From assembly GCA_965250285.1 (NCBI GenBank), contig OZ252299.1, forward strand, positions 3,475,104 to 3,539,103: a DNA stretch of 64,000 nt, read 5' to 3'. Position numbers and translations under genes: made by a program. The notes below the pieces were generated by a model that did not search any database, was not told where the DNA came from, and saw only the letters and a list, made by a program, of their open reading frames with translations. This document shows positions 45,199 through 54,817 of the stretch, piece by piece. Origin of the DNA: Myxococcota bacterium. Lineage in GTDB: Bacteria > Myxococcota_A > UBA9160 > UBA4427. The first letter of the stretch is position 1. Each line of letters begins with the position of its first letter.

Positions 45199-47016
45199 TC
45201 AGTCGCGATGCTCGAAGGTCAACCCCTCGAAGCGTCCCGAGCTGCGCCACTTGTCGATGTACTCGAAGTACGCCACCGGCCCCTGCGGAAAGCCGGAGAG
45301 CCCCAGCCGCTGTTGGCGCTCGATCGGGCCGCCCTCATTGTTGTAGTAGCCGGGCGTGCAGTCGGGGTTGCCGAGGAAGGCGCCCTCGTTCGATTCGAGC
45401 AGCGCGACCCAAGCCTGCTCGGCCTCGCTCGTCACCTCGACCTCGTCGGCGTCGGTATCGATGGCGTGGCGCAGGATCGCCGCAATCGTCGAACCGGCCT
45501 CGGTCAGGTTGTGGGTGATGTTCGAGATCAGGTTCGCTCCCTGGCCAGGACCGACGATGAACAGGTTCGGGAAGCCGTGCACGTGGATGCCGTGCAGGGT
45601 CTCCATGCCGTTCTTCCAGCGCGCAGACAGGTGCATCCCGTCGCGACCCACCGGGTCGAAGCCGGCCCGACGGTCGTAGTCGGTGCCGACCTCGAAGCCC
45701 GACGCAAAAATCAGGCAGTCGAGTTCGTAGTGCTGGCCTCCGACCCAGACACCGGCCTCGTCGATGCGCTCGACACCCTTGCCGCTCGTGTCGACGAGGT
45801 GCGCGTTGGGTGCGTTGTACGCCTGCAGGTACTCGTCGTGAAAGCAGGGACGCTTGCAGAGCTGGCGATACCACGGCTTGAGCGCGGCTGCGGTGGCCTC
45901 GTCCCCGATGATCGAATCCACGCGGGCACGGATCTCCTCCATCTTCTCGTCGTCGCTGTCCTCGTAGGCCTTCTGCATCAGCTCCGGGCCGAGCTGTGCC
46001 CCCTCTTTCCCCAGCTCGGCAACCACTCGGTCGCGAATGCGCTGCGAGATGTCGGTCCAACCATCCTTCACCAGATCTTCGTCGGCGAAGCCCCCGGTCT
46101 GCAGCGTCGCGAAGTTGAGCAGCCACTTGCGCTGCCACCCGGGCTCGAGCGCATCGAAGAAGTCGTCTTCGATCGGGTGGTTGTTTCGCTCGTCGATGGA
46201 CGAAGGCGTGCGCTGAAAGACGAACAGCTCTTGCGCGTCCCGCGCCAAAGCGGGGATGCACTGCACCGCGGTCGCGCCGGTCCCGATGATGCCGACCCGC
46301 TTGTCAGCGAGCTTCTGCATCGGGGCGCCTTCGTAATTGCCTCCGGTGTAGTCGTAATCCCAGCGGCTCGTATGGAATGCGTGGCCGCCGAACGTCTCGA
46401 TGCCCGGGATGCCGGGAAGCTTCGGTCGGTGAAGCGGCCCGGGCCCCATCGTCACGTACTTGGCGCGGATCTCGTCACCTCGGTTCGTACGGATGATCCA
46501 GCGCCCGATCGATGCGTCCCACTCGAGGCCGGTCACCTCGGTCGAGAACAGCGCGTTCTCGTAGAGCCCGAAGTGCTCGGCGATGCGCCGCGCGTGGCCA
46601 TAGATTTCGGGGGCGAAGACGTACTTCATCGACGGCTTGTGCCCCGTCTCCTCGAGCAGTGGCAGGTAGATCATCGCCGCCGTATCGCACATCGCGCCGG
46701 GATAGCGGTTCCAGTACCAGGCCCCGCCGACGTCACCGCCGCCCTCGATCAGACGAACGTCGTCGATCCCCGCCTCCTTCAGTCGGGCACCGACACACAG
46801 CCCCGAGAAGCCGGCGCCGATCAGCGCAACCGTGACCTCGTCACGAAGCGGCGCGCGCTCGGCCTTCTCGACATACGGGTCATCGAGGAAGTGCGCGAAA
46901 CGGCCGGTCGGCTCGATGTACTGGTCGTTGCCGTCGGGCCGAATGCGCTTGTCGCGCTCTTCGGCGTACCTCTTTCGCAGGGCGTCGCGATCGATCGTCT
47001 GAGCAGGGGTCGTCAC
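45199..47016 (-). CDS. type I Baeyer-Villiger (flavin-containing) monooxygenase
   Basis: FAD motif LIGAGFSGL, GGAWYWNRYPG, BVMO fingerprint FGGHAFHTSRWDYD, and NADP motif GIIGTGATAVQ. Confidence 0.88.
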   Translation of the reverse strand: MTTPAQTIDRDALRKRYAEERDKRIRPDGNDQYIEPTGRFAHFLDDPYVEKAERAPLRDEVTVALIGAGFSGLCVGARLKEAGIDDVRLIEGGGDVGGAWYWNRYPGAMCDTAAMIYLPLLEETGHKPSMKYVFAPEIYGHARRIAEHFGLYENALFSTEVTGLEWDASIGRWIIRTNRGDEIRAKYVTMGPGPLHRPKLPGIPGIETFGGHAFHTSRWDYDYTGGNYEGAPMQKLADKRVGIIGTGATAVQCIPALARDAQELFVFQRTPSSIDERNNHPIEDDFFDALEPGWQRKWLLNFATLQTGGFADEDLVKDGWTDISQRIRDRVVAELGKEGAQLGPELMQKAYEDSDDEKMEEIRARVDSIIGDEATAAALKPWYRQLCKRPCFHDEYLQAYNAPNAHLVDTSGKGVERIDEAGVWVGGQHYELDCLIFASGFEVGTDYDRRAGFDPVGRDGMHLSARWKNGMETLHGIHVHGFPNLFIVGPGQGANLISNITHNLTEAGSTIAAILRHAIDTDADEVEVTSEAEQAWVALLESNEGAFLGNPDCTPGYYNNEGGPIERQQRLGLSGFPQGPVAYFEYIDKWRSSGRFEGLTFEHRD

Positions 47017-47138
47017 GCAGGGTCTCCCGGGCGCATCGGGGAATGAAAGATCCTACCGAGCCACACGGAAAGCCGCCGCAAGGGGAAGCCCGAACGTCTC
47101 CTATGAGAAACGCCGGAATTCGTCCGCATTGCGACGCG

Positions 47139-48101
47139 TCAGCCCAGGACCTTCGCAGCGATCTCGCCGAGCAGATGGATGCGCTCGGTCAGATGACCGT
47201 TCACCGGCAGATCGACGGTCACGCCGTCGAGCCCCTTCGACACGGCCTGCTCGAGCGCCTCGCCGACGGTGTCGGGATCGCCCGAGATCAGCTGGCCCTT
47301 CGCGGCCTCGACGACCTGGTCGTTCCACCCCTTGGCCTGCGCCACAGCGGCGTAGTCGGCATCGAGCTCTTCCTGAGTCGGCGCAACCGCGACCATCATG
47401 AGCTTCGTGACCGTCACCTCTTCGCGGTCACGGCCGAGCCGCTCACAGTGGCCGGCCAGCGCCTCGAGCTTGCGCGGGACCTCGTCCGTCGCGCAGATCA
47501 GGTTCGACTCGTCGGCGTACTGGGCCACCATCCGCAGTGTCTTCTTCTCGCCCGAGCCACCGATCATGATCGGGATGCGCGAGATCGGCGCCGGCTGGTT
47601 GGCGGCCTCGGTCACCCTGTAGTGCTTGCCGGCCAGCGTGGGGCGTTCGTCGGAGAGCATCGGCTTGATGATCTGCAGCGCCTCTTCGAGCTTCTCGAAA
47701 CGCTCGCCGAAGGTGCCGAATTCGAAGCCGAGGTCGTCGTGTTCCTTCTGGAACCAGCCTGCGCCGATGCCGAGCGTCGCCCGACCATGCGACACGTGGT
47801 CGAGGGTCGTGAGCGTCTTCGCGAGCAGCGCCGGGTTCCGATACGAATTGCCGGTGACGAGGGCCGAGAGCCGAACCCGCTCGGTGTGCTGCGCGAGGGC
47901 CGAGAGCATCGCGTAGCACTCGAACATCGGTTCGTCGTACGCGCCGATCCCCGGCAGCTGATAGAAGTGATCCATCACGAACACACGGTCGTAGCCGGCG
48001 GCCTCGGCAGCCTTGGCCTGCTCGACGACGTTGTCGAAGATCGCAGCGGGCGCAACGCCGGGATACGTGAAGTTCGGGATCTGGTAGCCGAGTCGGGTCA
48101 T
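47139..48101 (-). CDS. luciferase-like monooxygenase (LLM) class, F420/FMN-dependent oxidoreductase
   Basis: MTRLGYQIPNFTYPG..GYDRVFVMDHFYQLPG..LGIGAGWFQKEHDDLGFEF is an LLM TIM-barrel pattern. Confidence 0.82.
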   Translation of the reverse strand: MTRLGYQIPNFTYPGVAPAAIFDNVVEQAKAAEAAGYDRVFVMDHFYQLPGIGAYDEPMFECYAMLSALAQHTERVRLSALVTGNSYRNPALLAKTLTTLDHVSHGRATLGIGAGWFQKEHDDLGFEFGTFGERFEKLEEALQIIKPMLSDERPTLAGKHYRVTEAANQPAPISRIPIMIGGSGEKKTLRMVAQYADESNLICATDEVPRKLEALAGHCERLGRDREEVTVTKLMMVAVAPTQEELDADYAAVAQAKGWNDQVVEAAKGQLISGDPDTVGEALEQAVSKGLDGVTVDLPVNGHLTERIHLLGEIAAKVLG

Positions 48102-48228
48102 GCCGAGCTCCTCTGTCGGGTGGGGGTAGGACGGGGTCGCACGCGCACGCTGCGACCTCGATCCATGGATGCCGTCGCGGGCGCGCCGTCGCGCGCCCCG
48201 CCGACATGACAGCGGGCCTTCGCGCAGA

Positions 48229-49527
48229 TCAGCCCTTGGGGTGCACCCGCACCTTCATCTCGTGGTAGCCCTTCACGAACGCGCTCTTCACGCGGGTCGG
48301 CGGCTCGACCACCTCGATGAAGCTGAAGCGCTCCATGATCTCTTCCCAGAGCACACGCAGCTGCATCTCGGCGAGTCGGCTGCCCATGCAGAAGTGCACG
48401 CCCCAACCGAACGAGAGGTGCTTCTTCGAATCCTTGCGGTCGATGATGAAGTCGTTCGCGCGCTCGATCGCATCCTCGTCGCGGTTCGCCGAGACGTACC
48501 ACATGACCACGCGATCGCCCTTCTTGATCTGCTTGCCCGCGAGCTCGGTGTCGCGCGTCGCGGTGCGCCGCATGTGCGCGAGCGGCGTCTGCCAGCGGAT
48601 CATCTCGTCGACCATCGAGGGGATCACGCTCGGGTCGTTGCGCAGCTTCTCGTACTCGTCGGGGTTCTCATTGAGCGCGAGGACGCCGCCCGTGATCGAA
48701 TTTCGCGTCGTATCGTTGCCGCCGACAATCAGCAGGATCAGCGTGCCGAGGTACTCGAGCGGCGAGACGTCGGGAGCGACATCGGCCGTCGCCTCCGAGT
48801 TCGCGAGCGCCGAGACGAAGTCGAGCTCGCCACTCGCGGGCTTGTCCTTGCGTTCGTTCCACAGGTTGGTGAAGTAGGCGAGGCACTCGCGTAGATCGCG
48901 CTCGCGGTCGTCGGGCGTCTTGCCCATCTCGGCGAGCTGCTCCTCGCTCACGGTCGTCATGTCGGACCAGTACGTGAGCTTGCGACGCTCCTCCCACGGA
49001 AAGTCGAACATCGTCGCGAGCATACCGGTCGTCAGCTCGATCGAGACGCGATCGACCCAGTCGAAGGTCTCGCCGACCGGCAGGCCGTCGAGGATCTCGC
49101 AGACGCGCTCGCGGATCAGCGGCTCGAGGCGCTTCAGGTTTCGCGGCGAGGCGACCGGCTGCACCGTCTTGCGGTGGCGATCGTGTCGCGGCCCGTCCAT
49201 CGAGATGAACCCGGCCTGCAGCGGAAACTCGGGATCGGGATCGGCAATGACGATCGAGGGCTCCGAAGAGAACGTCTCGGGATCCTTCTCGACGGTGACG
49301 ATGTCGTCGAACTTGGTGACGGACCAGAACGGACCGAACTCTTCGTTGTCAGCGCAGTAGTGGACGGGGTCCTCCTTGCGCAGCCGTTCGAAGTAGCCCC
49401 AGAGCGTGTCGGTCTCGAACAGCTCGGCATCGGAGACATCGATCTTCTCGAGCGCGATCGAGTGCGGATCGACCCCCGCCTGTCCCTTCGAGGGAAACGG
49501 ATTCGTCGTATCGGTGGCTTCACTCAT
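48229..49527 (-). CDS. cytochrome P450, CYP153-like
   Basis: ATG 49527 after GGAG. Contains FWSVTKFDDIVTVEKDPETFSSEPSI, the I-helix LLIVGGNDTTRNS, and the heme loop FGWGVHFCMGSRLAE. Confidence 0.88.
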   Translation of the reverse strand: MSEATDTTNPFPSKGQAGVDPHSIALEKIDVSDAELFETDTLWGYFERLRKEDPVHYCADNEEFGPFWSVTKFDDIVTVEKDPETFSSEPSIVIADPDPEFPLQAGFISMDGPRHDRHRKTVQPVASPRNLKRLEPLIRERVCEILDGLPVGETFDWVDRVSIELTTGMLATMFDFPWEERRKLTYWSDMTTVSEEQLAEMGKTPDDRERDLRECLAYFTNLWNERKDKPASGELDFVSALANSEATADVAPDVSPLEYLGTLILLIVGGNDTTRNSITGGVLALNENPDEYEKLRNDPSVIPSMVDEMIRWQTPLAHMRRTATRDTELAGKQIKKGDRVVMWYVSANRDEDAIERANDFIIDRKDSKKHLSFGWGVHFCMGSRLAEMQLRVLWEEIMERFSFIEVVEPPTRVKSAFVKGYHEMKVRVHPKG

Positions 49528-49807
49528 GGGGGACTCCGGGGTTGCGGCCGGGCGAGCCTGGATCGAAAGAAACGCGGATTGCATACGCTACCGCGGCTCG
49601 CGCGCGAGGCAGCACACAACGGTGTGGAAATCGTCCGGCGCCCGGGATTTCAGTTTGCGGGGTGTCCCCGAGTCGGGTGAATCCCCGGCTCGGCGTTCGC
49701 GCGAGCCCTCGCGCCGATCTCGCACGCAACGCAGCGCGTCGACGCCGAGTCAGGCCGGCAACGCTCCCCCGCCGCGCGGCGCGCGGGGGCATCGACGCCC
49801 CGCCCGG

Positions 49808-51052
49808 TCAGCCGAGGGCGACGTGCATCGACTTGATGCCGTTGATGAAGTTCGACTGCAGCCGATCGGGTGCACCCGCGACCCGGGCGCCGGGAAACCG
49901 CGCCAGCCAGGCTTCGAACGCGACGCGCATCTGGAGCCGCGCCATGTGGCTGCCCGCGCAGAAATGGGTGCCGGTCCCGAAGGCGAGGTGCGGGTTCGAG
50001 GTGCGGGTGATGTCGAAGCGCTCGGGCTCGTCGAACACGGCCGGGTCGCGATTGGCGGCGCCGTAGTACATCACGAGCTTGTCGCCGGCGCGTACGGGCT
50101 GCCCTCCCACCTCGACGTCCTGCGTCGCCGTGCGACGAAACTGCATCACGGGCGTGACCCAACGCAGCATCTCCTCGATCGCCCTCGGCAGCAGCTCGGG
50201 CTCGCGCAGCAGTCGTTCGAGCTGATCGGGGTGGGCGCAGAGCGCCTCGAAGCCGCCCGAGAGCGCGTTGCGGGTCGTCTCGTTGCCCGCCACGATCAGC
50301 AAGAAGTAGTTCATGCCGAGCTCGAGATTCGTGAGCGGCGCGCCATCGATGTCACCGTGCACGAGATTCGAGAAGATGTCGTCGGTCGGGTGACGACGAC
50401 GCCGACGGGCTGCTCGGGCGGCATAGAAGAAGATCTCGAGCACCGCCAGACGCCCGCGCAGCTGACTGCTGACCTTCGGGTCGGATGAACCGATCAGCTT
50501 GTTCGTCCACTTGTAGAACTTCTTCGCGTGCCGGTCGGGCACGCCGAGCAGATCGGTCAGGCCTCCCAACGAGATCGGCGCCGACACGTCCTCGACGAAC
50601 TCGCAGGTGCGCCGCCCTTCGAGCCGATCGAGCGCCTGGTCGACCCGCGCGCGCATCCGCGCCTCGGTGCGCCGGACGGCGCCGGGCTTGAAGTGCGGGT
50701 TCATCAGCTTGCGCAGCTTCGTGTGCCGCGGCGGATCCATGTGGATCAGCTGTTGCTGCATGTTCGCGAGATCGCGCGGCGGCAGATCGACCAGCACCGA
50801 CGTGCCGATCTCCGACGAGAACAGCTCGGGATGCTTCGATACGAAAGCGACGTCGGCATGGCGCGTGAGCGCCCAGTAGCCCGGGCCAGGGGGCGCCCCC
50901 GACGCGCCGACCTCTTCCTGCCAGTACACGGGCGCGTGCGCACGCAACCACCGGAATGTCTCGTGGGGCGGGCCGGTGACGAAGCTGGCCGAGTCGGAGA
51001 GATCGACGAGCGGCGGCGCCGGCGATCGAGCGGGTTCGGCGGCCTCGGTCAT
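49808..51052 (-). CDS. cytochrome P450 (second, distinct family)
   Basis: MTEAAEP.. start overlapping the ribokinase stop (ATGA). Contains LIHMDPPRHTKLR, the I-helix LLIVAGNETTRNA, and the heme loop FGTGTHFCAGSHMARLQ. Confidence 0.88.
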   Translation of the reverse strand: MTEAAEPARSPAPPLVDLSDSASFVTGPPHETFRWLRAHAPVYWQEEVGASGAPPGPGYWALTRHADVAFVSKHPELFSSEIGTSVLVDLPPRDLANMQQQLIHMDPPRHTKLRKLMNPHFKPGAVRRTEARMRARVDQALDRLEGRRTCEFVEDVSAPISLGGLTDLLGVPDRHAKKFYKWTNKLIGSSDPKVSSQLRGRLAVLEIFFYAARAARRRRRHPTDDIFSNLVHGDIDGAPLTNLELGMNYFLLIVAGNETTRNALSGGFEALCAHPDQLERLLREPELLPRAIEEMLRWVTPVMQFRRTATQDVEVGGQPVRAGDKLVMYYGAANRDPAVFDEPERFDITRTSNPHLAFGTGTHFCAGSHMARLQMRVAFEAWLARFPGARVAGAPDRLQSNFINGIKSMHVALG

Positions 51053-52002
51053 CGTCGATCTCCGGCGGCCGAAGGCGGGGTCGCCATCGTCGCGATGCGG
51101 GCTTCGATCTCGGCACCGGTCGGCGCGGCAGGTTGGGCGCCTTCCCGCGTGACCGAGATCGCTGCACCGGCGTTGGCGAAGGCGAGGGCGTCGGAGCGTG
51201 CGTCGCCGCGCGCCAGCGAGGCCGCAAGACATCCGGCAAAGACGTCCCCGGCGCCGGTGCTGTCGACGCAGTCGACCCCCTGCCCTTCGACATGCAGCGC
51301 GGAGTCGGCGTCGACCCAAAGCGCGCCCTCGGCTCCGAGCGTCACGACGACCCTGCGCGCGCCCTGTGCGCGCAGCGACTGAGCCGCACGCCCGGCCGTT
51401 TCGACGTCATCGATCGCGAGGCCCGTGAGCTGCGTAGCCTCGGTGACGTTCGGCGTCAGCACATCGACGCGCGCGAGCAGTTCGCCGGGCAGCGTCTGCG
51501 CCGGCGCGGGATCGAGCACGACCTGTACGCCGGCACCGTGCGCTACGTCGATCGCCGCCGCGACGGTGTCGAGCGGTGTCTCGAGCTGCACCACCAGCAC
51601 GTCGGCCGCCTCGATCGCTGCGCGCTCCGCCTCGACGTGCGCCGGTCGCAGCGCCGCGTTCGCGCCCGAAGCGACGGCGATCGCGTTCTCGCCGGCCTCG
51701 TCGACGACGATGAAGGCGACGCCCGAAGCGGTACCGCTCGCTGTGACGAGGCCGCCCACGTCGATGCCCTCGGCCTCGAGGCCCGTGCGCGCCGCGGCGC
51801 CGAGATCATCGTCGCCGACGCTGGCGACGAGACGAACGTGGGCGCCGGCCCGCGCGGCGGCCACCGCCTGGTTCGCGCCCTTGCCGCCCGCGGCCCGCGC
51901 GAAGCGACCACCGATGACCGTCTCTCCCGCGCCAGGCAGGCGCGGCACGCGGACGATCATGTCGGTGTTCGAGCTGCCGACGACGACGATCTCGCCGCTC
52001 AT
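51049..52002 (-). CDS. rbsK: ribokinase (PfkB family)
   Basis: MSGEIVVVGSSNTDMIVRVPRLPGAGETV..GGKGANQAVAAAR..VDSTGAGDVFAG. ATGA overlaps at both ends. Confidence 0.88.
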   Translation of the reverse strand: MSGEIVVVGSSNTDMIVRVPRLPGAGETVIGGRFARAAGGKGANQAVAAARAGAHVRLVASVGDDDLGAAARTGLEAEGIDVGGLVTASGTASGVAFIVVDEAGENAIAVASGANAALRPAHVEAERAAIEAADVLVVQLETPLDTVAAAIDVAHGAGVQVVLDPAPAQTLPGELLARVDVLTPNVTEATQLTGLAIDDVETAGRAAQSLRAQGARRVVVTLGAEGALWVDADSALHVEGQGVDCVDSTGAGDVFAGCLAASLARGDARSDALAFANAGAAISVTREGAQPAAPTGAEIEARIATMATPPSAAGDRR

Positions 52003-52919
52003 CCTGCGTTCTCTCCGAGCCAGGCCTGCAGGAGCCCCGCGTTCAACCGCGGCAGGTCGACGTCGCGCGCAGCCTCGATGGCCGCGCCCGTCGGCTCCAT
52101 ATGAGCCACCGCTCCCGAATCGAGGCGGATCTTCACGGGTTCGAACCGGCAGACGTCGGGTTCGACAAGGGTCATCGCGGCGAGCGGGTCGTGCAGGTGC
52201 ACGCTCGGCCGCTTCGACTTGAATCGCGTGCGCTGCACCTCCAGCCACTCCGTACAGAGCCGCGCAAGCGCGCGCGCGAGCTCGTCGCCGCCGGCCAGTC
52301 GGCCCCACTCTTCCTCGGGCAGCAGCGTCCGCATGGTGACCTCGATCGGGACCACGCGCGGGGGCGCGAGGGTAGGGGGAGAAGCGCCGAGCACCGCCAC
52401 GACCGCGTCGGGATCGCACCACCAGTTCCACTCGGGAATGTGATGCAGTGTGCCGGGGATCTCGACGTCGGCGAGCTTGCCCCCCATCACCGTCAGCGGC
52501 GGCAGCACGTGACCGGCCCGCGCGAGCGCACCGAGGTTCGTCATCGGACCGATGGCCAGGCACGCATCGGGCCGGGCGGTAGCGAGGGCCACCGCCAGCG
52601 CGTCGGTGCGCGCGGCCGGTTCGTCGTCGCGGTCGACCCGCATCCGAGGCGCGGCGTCGTCGAGGAGCCCGCGCCCTTCGTGCCCGAACATGTGGCCGGC
52701 CCGCTCGGCCGTGAGCGGCGCTCCGAGGCCGGTGACGACGGGCACGCCCTGCGCCCCGGCGAGCGCCAGGAGCGCTTCGGCGATGCGGGTGCGGAGCGCG
52801 ACGTCGCCAAAGACGGTCGACACCCCGACGAGCTCGATATCGGGGTGTCGCAGCGCGTACGCGAGCGTCAGCGCATCGTCGACGTCGCTTCCAACATCGG
52901 TATCGATCCAGAGCCGCAT
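51999..52919 (-). CDS. inosine/uridine-preferring nucleoside hydrolase family
   Basis: The internal ATG 52919 gives MRLWIDTDVGSDVDDALTLAYAL (the DxDxxxDD motif). 306 aa. Confidence 0.85.
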   Translation of the reverse strand: MRLWIDTDVGSDVDDALTLAYALRHPDIELVGVSTVFGDVALRTRIAEALLALAGAQGVPVVTGLGAPLTAERAGHMFGHEGRGLLDDAAPRMRVDRDDEPAARTDALAVALATARPDACLAIGPMTNLGALARAGHVLPPLTVMGGKLADVEIPGTLHHIPEWNWWCDPDAVVAVLGASPPTLAPPRVVPIEVTMRTLLPEEEWGRLAGGDELARALARLCTEWLEVQRTRFKSKRPSVHLHDPLAAMTLVEPDVCRFEPVKIRLDSGAVAHMEPTGAAIEAARDVDLPRLNAGLLQAWLGENAG

Positions 52920-53145
52920 GATCTGCCACCCGAGTTCGCGCCGGGGAGGCCAGCGCGCTTCGAGCAGCGTATTTGCTGCGCCGCCGGGTGTCAAAATCCG
53001 ACGGGCGCGCGCGACGAGCTCGACTCGGACGCAGCCGCGAGGTGTCGCGCAAGGCGATGGCCTGTGGTTCGATTGGGCGCGATGAAGGGTCTCGTCACGC
53101 ATCGCGCTCGTCGCTCGGCCGGCGCCCTACCGGCCCGGGCACGCG

Positions 53146-54786
53146 TTGGGCGCCCGACCCAACTCGCCGACGCGATCCGGCGGCCCCGCGCACACCCGAG
53201 CCATCGCTTTGGGTTCTGACCTCAACGAAGCACAGAAGAAGCGGCTCTTCACCGCGCTCACGGTCGTCGGCTGCTTTGTGATCATCGCAGGGCTCTTCGC
53301 GGTCGCCCTGCTCGCGCTCGGCGCACGCGGGCCCGCCACGCTCGGCGACGTCTGGACGCTGGCCGACGACCGAGACCGCGCCGAGCTGCAGAACTTCTTG
53401 CAATCGCAGGTCGGCGGCATCCACGACACCGTGCCCGATCCCGAGATCGGCCGGGTGCTGCAGCGCAACGTCACGAAGCCTTTCGGCGGCGTCGAGGTGC
53501 GAACGAACAATGCGGGGATGCGGGACGATCGAGCCTACGGCCCGAAGGCTGAAGGCACCTTCCGCATCATCGTGCTCGGTGACTCGTTCGCGTTCGGACA
53601 CGAAGGGCTCGAAGAAGACCGCGTCGGTGAACAGCTCGAGGCGCTACTGCGAGCGCACGCGACCGTGCCGGGTGACCTCGAGGTCGAGGTGCTGACGATC
53701 GCCCAGGGCAGCTGGACCGGCGTGAACGAGACCGCGTACATGGTGAGCCATTTCACCGCGTATGACCCCGACCTCGTGATCGCGCTGCTGGTGCCGAACG
53801 ACCTCGACGACACCCAGGGCGTGCGCGGTTTCGGCGCCGTCACCAACTCGTTCAGCCCCGAGTACCGCGACGACGGCTCGACGTTCTTCTCCCTCGGCAA
53901 CCCGGCCCACTACGGCTTTCGCACGATCAGTCTGCTCTATGGCGGTCTCGGCCCAGAGTCGATCCGGCGGTGGAACAAGGTATTCTCGGGCTTCGCCCGA
54001 CTCGAGCGCGTCGTCGAAGCGGTCGACGCTCGCCTGCTTCTCACGGTCTTCGATCCATATGCGTCGATCGCCGATTGGAACCCGATGAGCCTCTGGCGAG
54101 ATCTCGTGATTGAACACTACGACGGCGCGCAGCTGACCAGTCCGCTGCTCTTCGTCGACCCGTACCTCGAGCCCGACTCGATCGTCGGTGTGCACCCGAA
54201 TCGCCGGGGCCACGCGACCCTGGCCACACACTACGCCCACGCGCTCGAAGCACTCGGCTGGATCGATGTGCAGGCCGACGCCCCTCTGCCGGTTGCGCAC
54301 CCGGGCATGTCGATGGACATGCGACACGCGGCCGACGCCGATCGCATACGCCGCCTGCGCGCGGGCTGGGTCGATGCCCATCTGCGACCTCAGCTCGACT
54401 TCACCCGCATCGACCGTGCGGCCGCGATGAGTATCTACGCGGGAGCTCTCCCCGACGGCGAGTGGATCTCGGCCGCGAGACGCATGGTCTTTCTGCTCGC
54501 GCGACCCGAGGCGGCCCACTCGATCGAGGTGCGCGTAGTCGTCCCGGAACGCCCCGAGCTGTATCCGTTCACGCTCGACGTTTCGGTGCAGGGCTACCCG
54601 GCCGGACGCTTCGAGCTCGCCGACGTCGGTCAGGCCGGCGAGCACACGTGGCGTGCGCCTCTCCCAGGCGAGCTGCCGGCGTCGGGCGCACTCGAAGTCG
54701 AGCTGCGCGCGCACTCGCACTGGTCGACGATCGAGGACGCGACCATGCGCAGCTACTACCCCTTGCGCGTTCGACTCGTCGAGTGA
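53146..54786 (+). CDS. membrane-anchored SGNH/GDSL hydrolase family protein
   Basis: TM anchor (LFTALTVVGCFVIIAGLFAVALLAL), block I IIVLGDSFAFG, block III LVPNDLDD, and VHPNRRGH. TTG start, uncertain. Confidence 0.72.
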   Translation: MGARPNSPTRSGGPAHTRAIALGSDLNEAQKKRLFTALTVVGCFVIIAGLFAVALLALGARGPATLGDVWTLADDRDRAELQNFLQSQVGGIHDTVPDPEIGRVLQRNVTKPFGGVEVRTNNAGMRDDRAYGPKAEGTFRIIVLGDSFAFGHEGLEEDRVGEQLEALLRAHATVPGDLEVEVLTIAQGSWTGVNETAYMVSHFTAYDPDLVIALLVPNDLDDTQGVRGFGAVTNSFSPEYRDDGSTFFSLGNPAHYGFRTISLLYGGLGPESIRRWNKVFSGFARLERVVEAVDARLLLTVFDPYASIADWNPMSLWRDLVIEHYDGAQLTSPLLFVDPYLEPDSIVGVHPNRRGHATLATHYAHALEALGWIDVQADAPLPVAHPGMSMDMRHAADADRIRRLRAGWVDAHLRPQLDFTRIDRAAAMSIYAGALPDGEWISAARRMVFLLARPEAAHSIEVRVVVPERPELYPFTLDVSVQGYPAGRFELADVGQAGEHTWRAPLPGELPASGALEVELRAHSHWSTIEDATMRSYYPLRVRLVE

Positions 54787-54817
54787 ACCCAGTCGGGTGC
54801 TCAGCGCGGCTGCTGCA

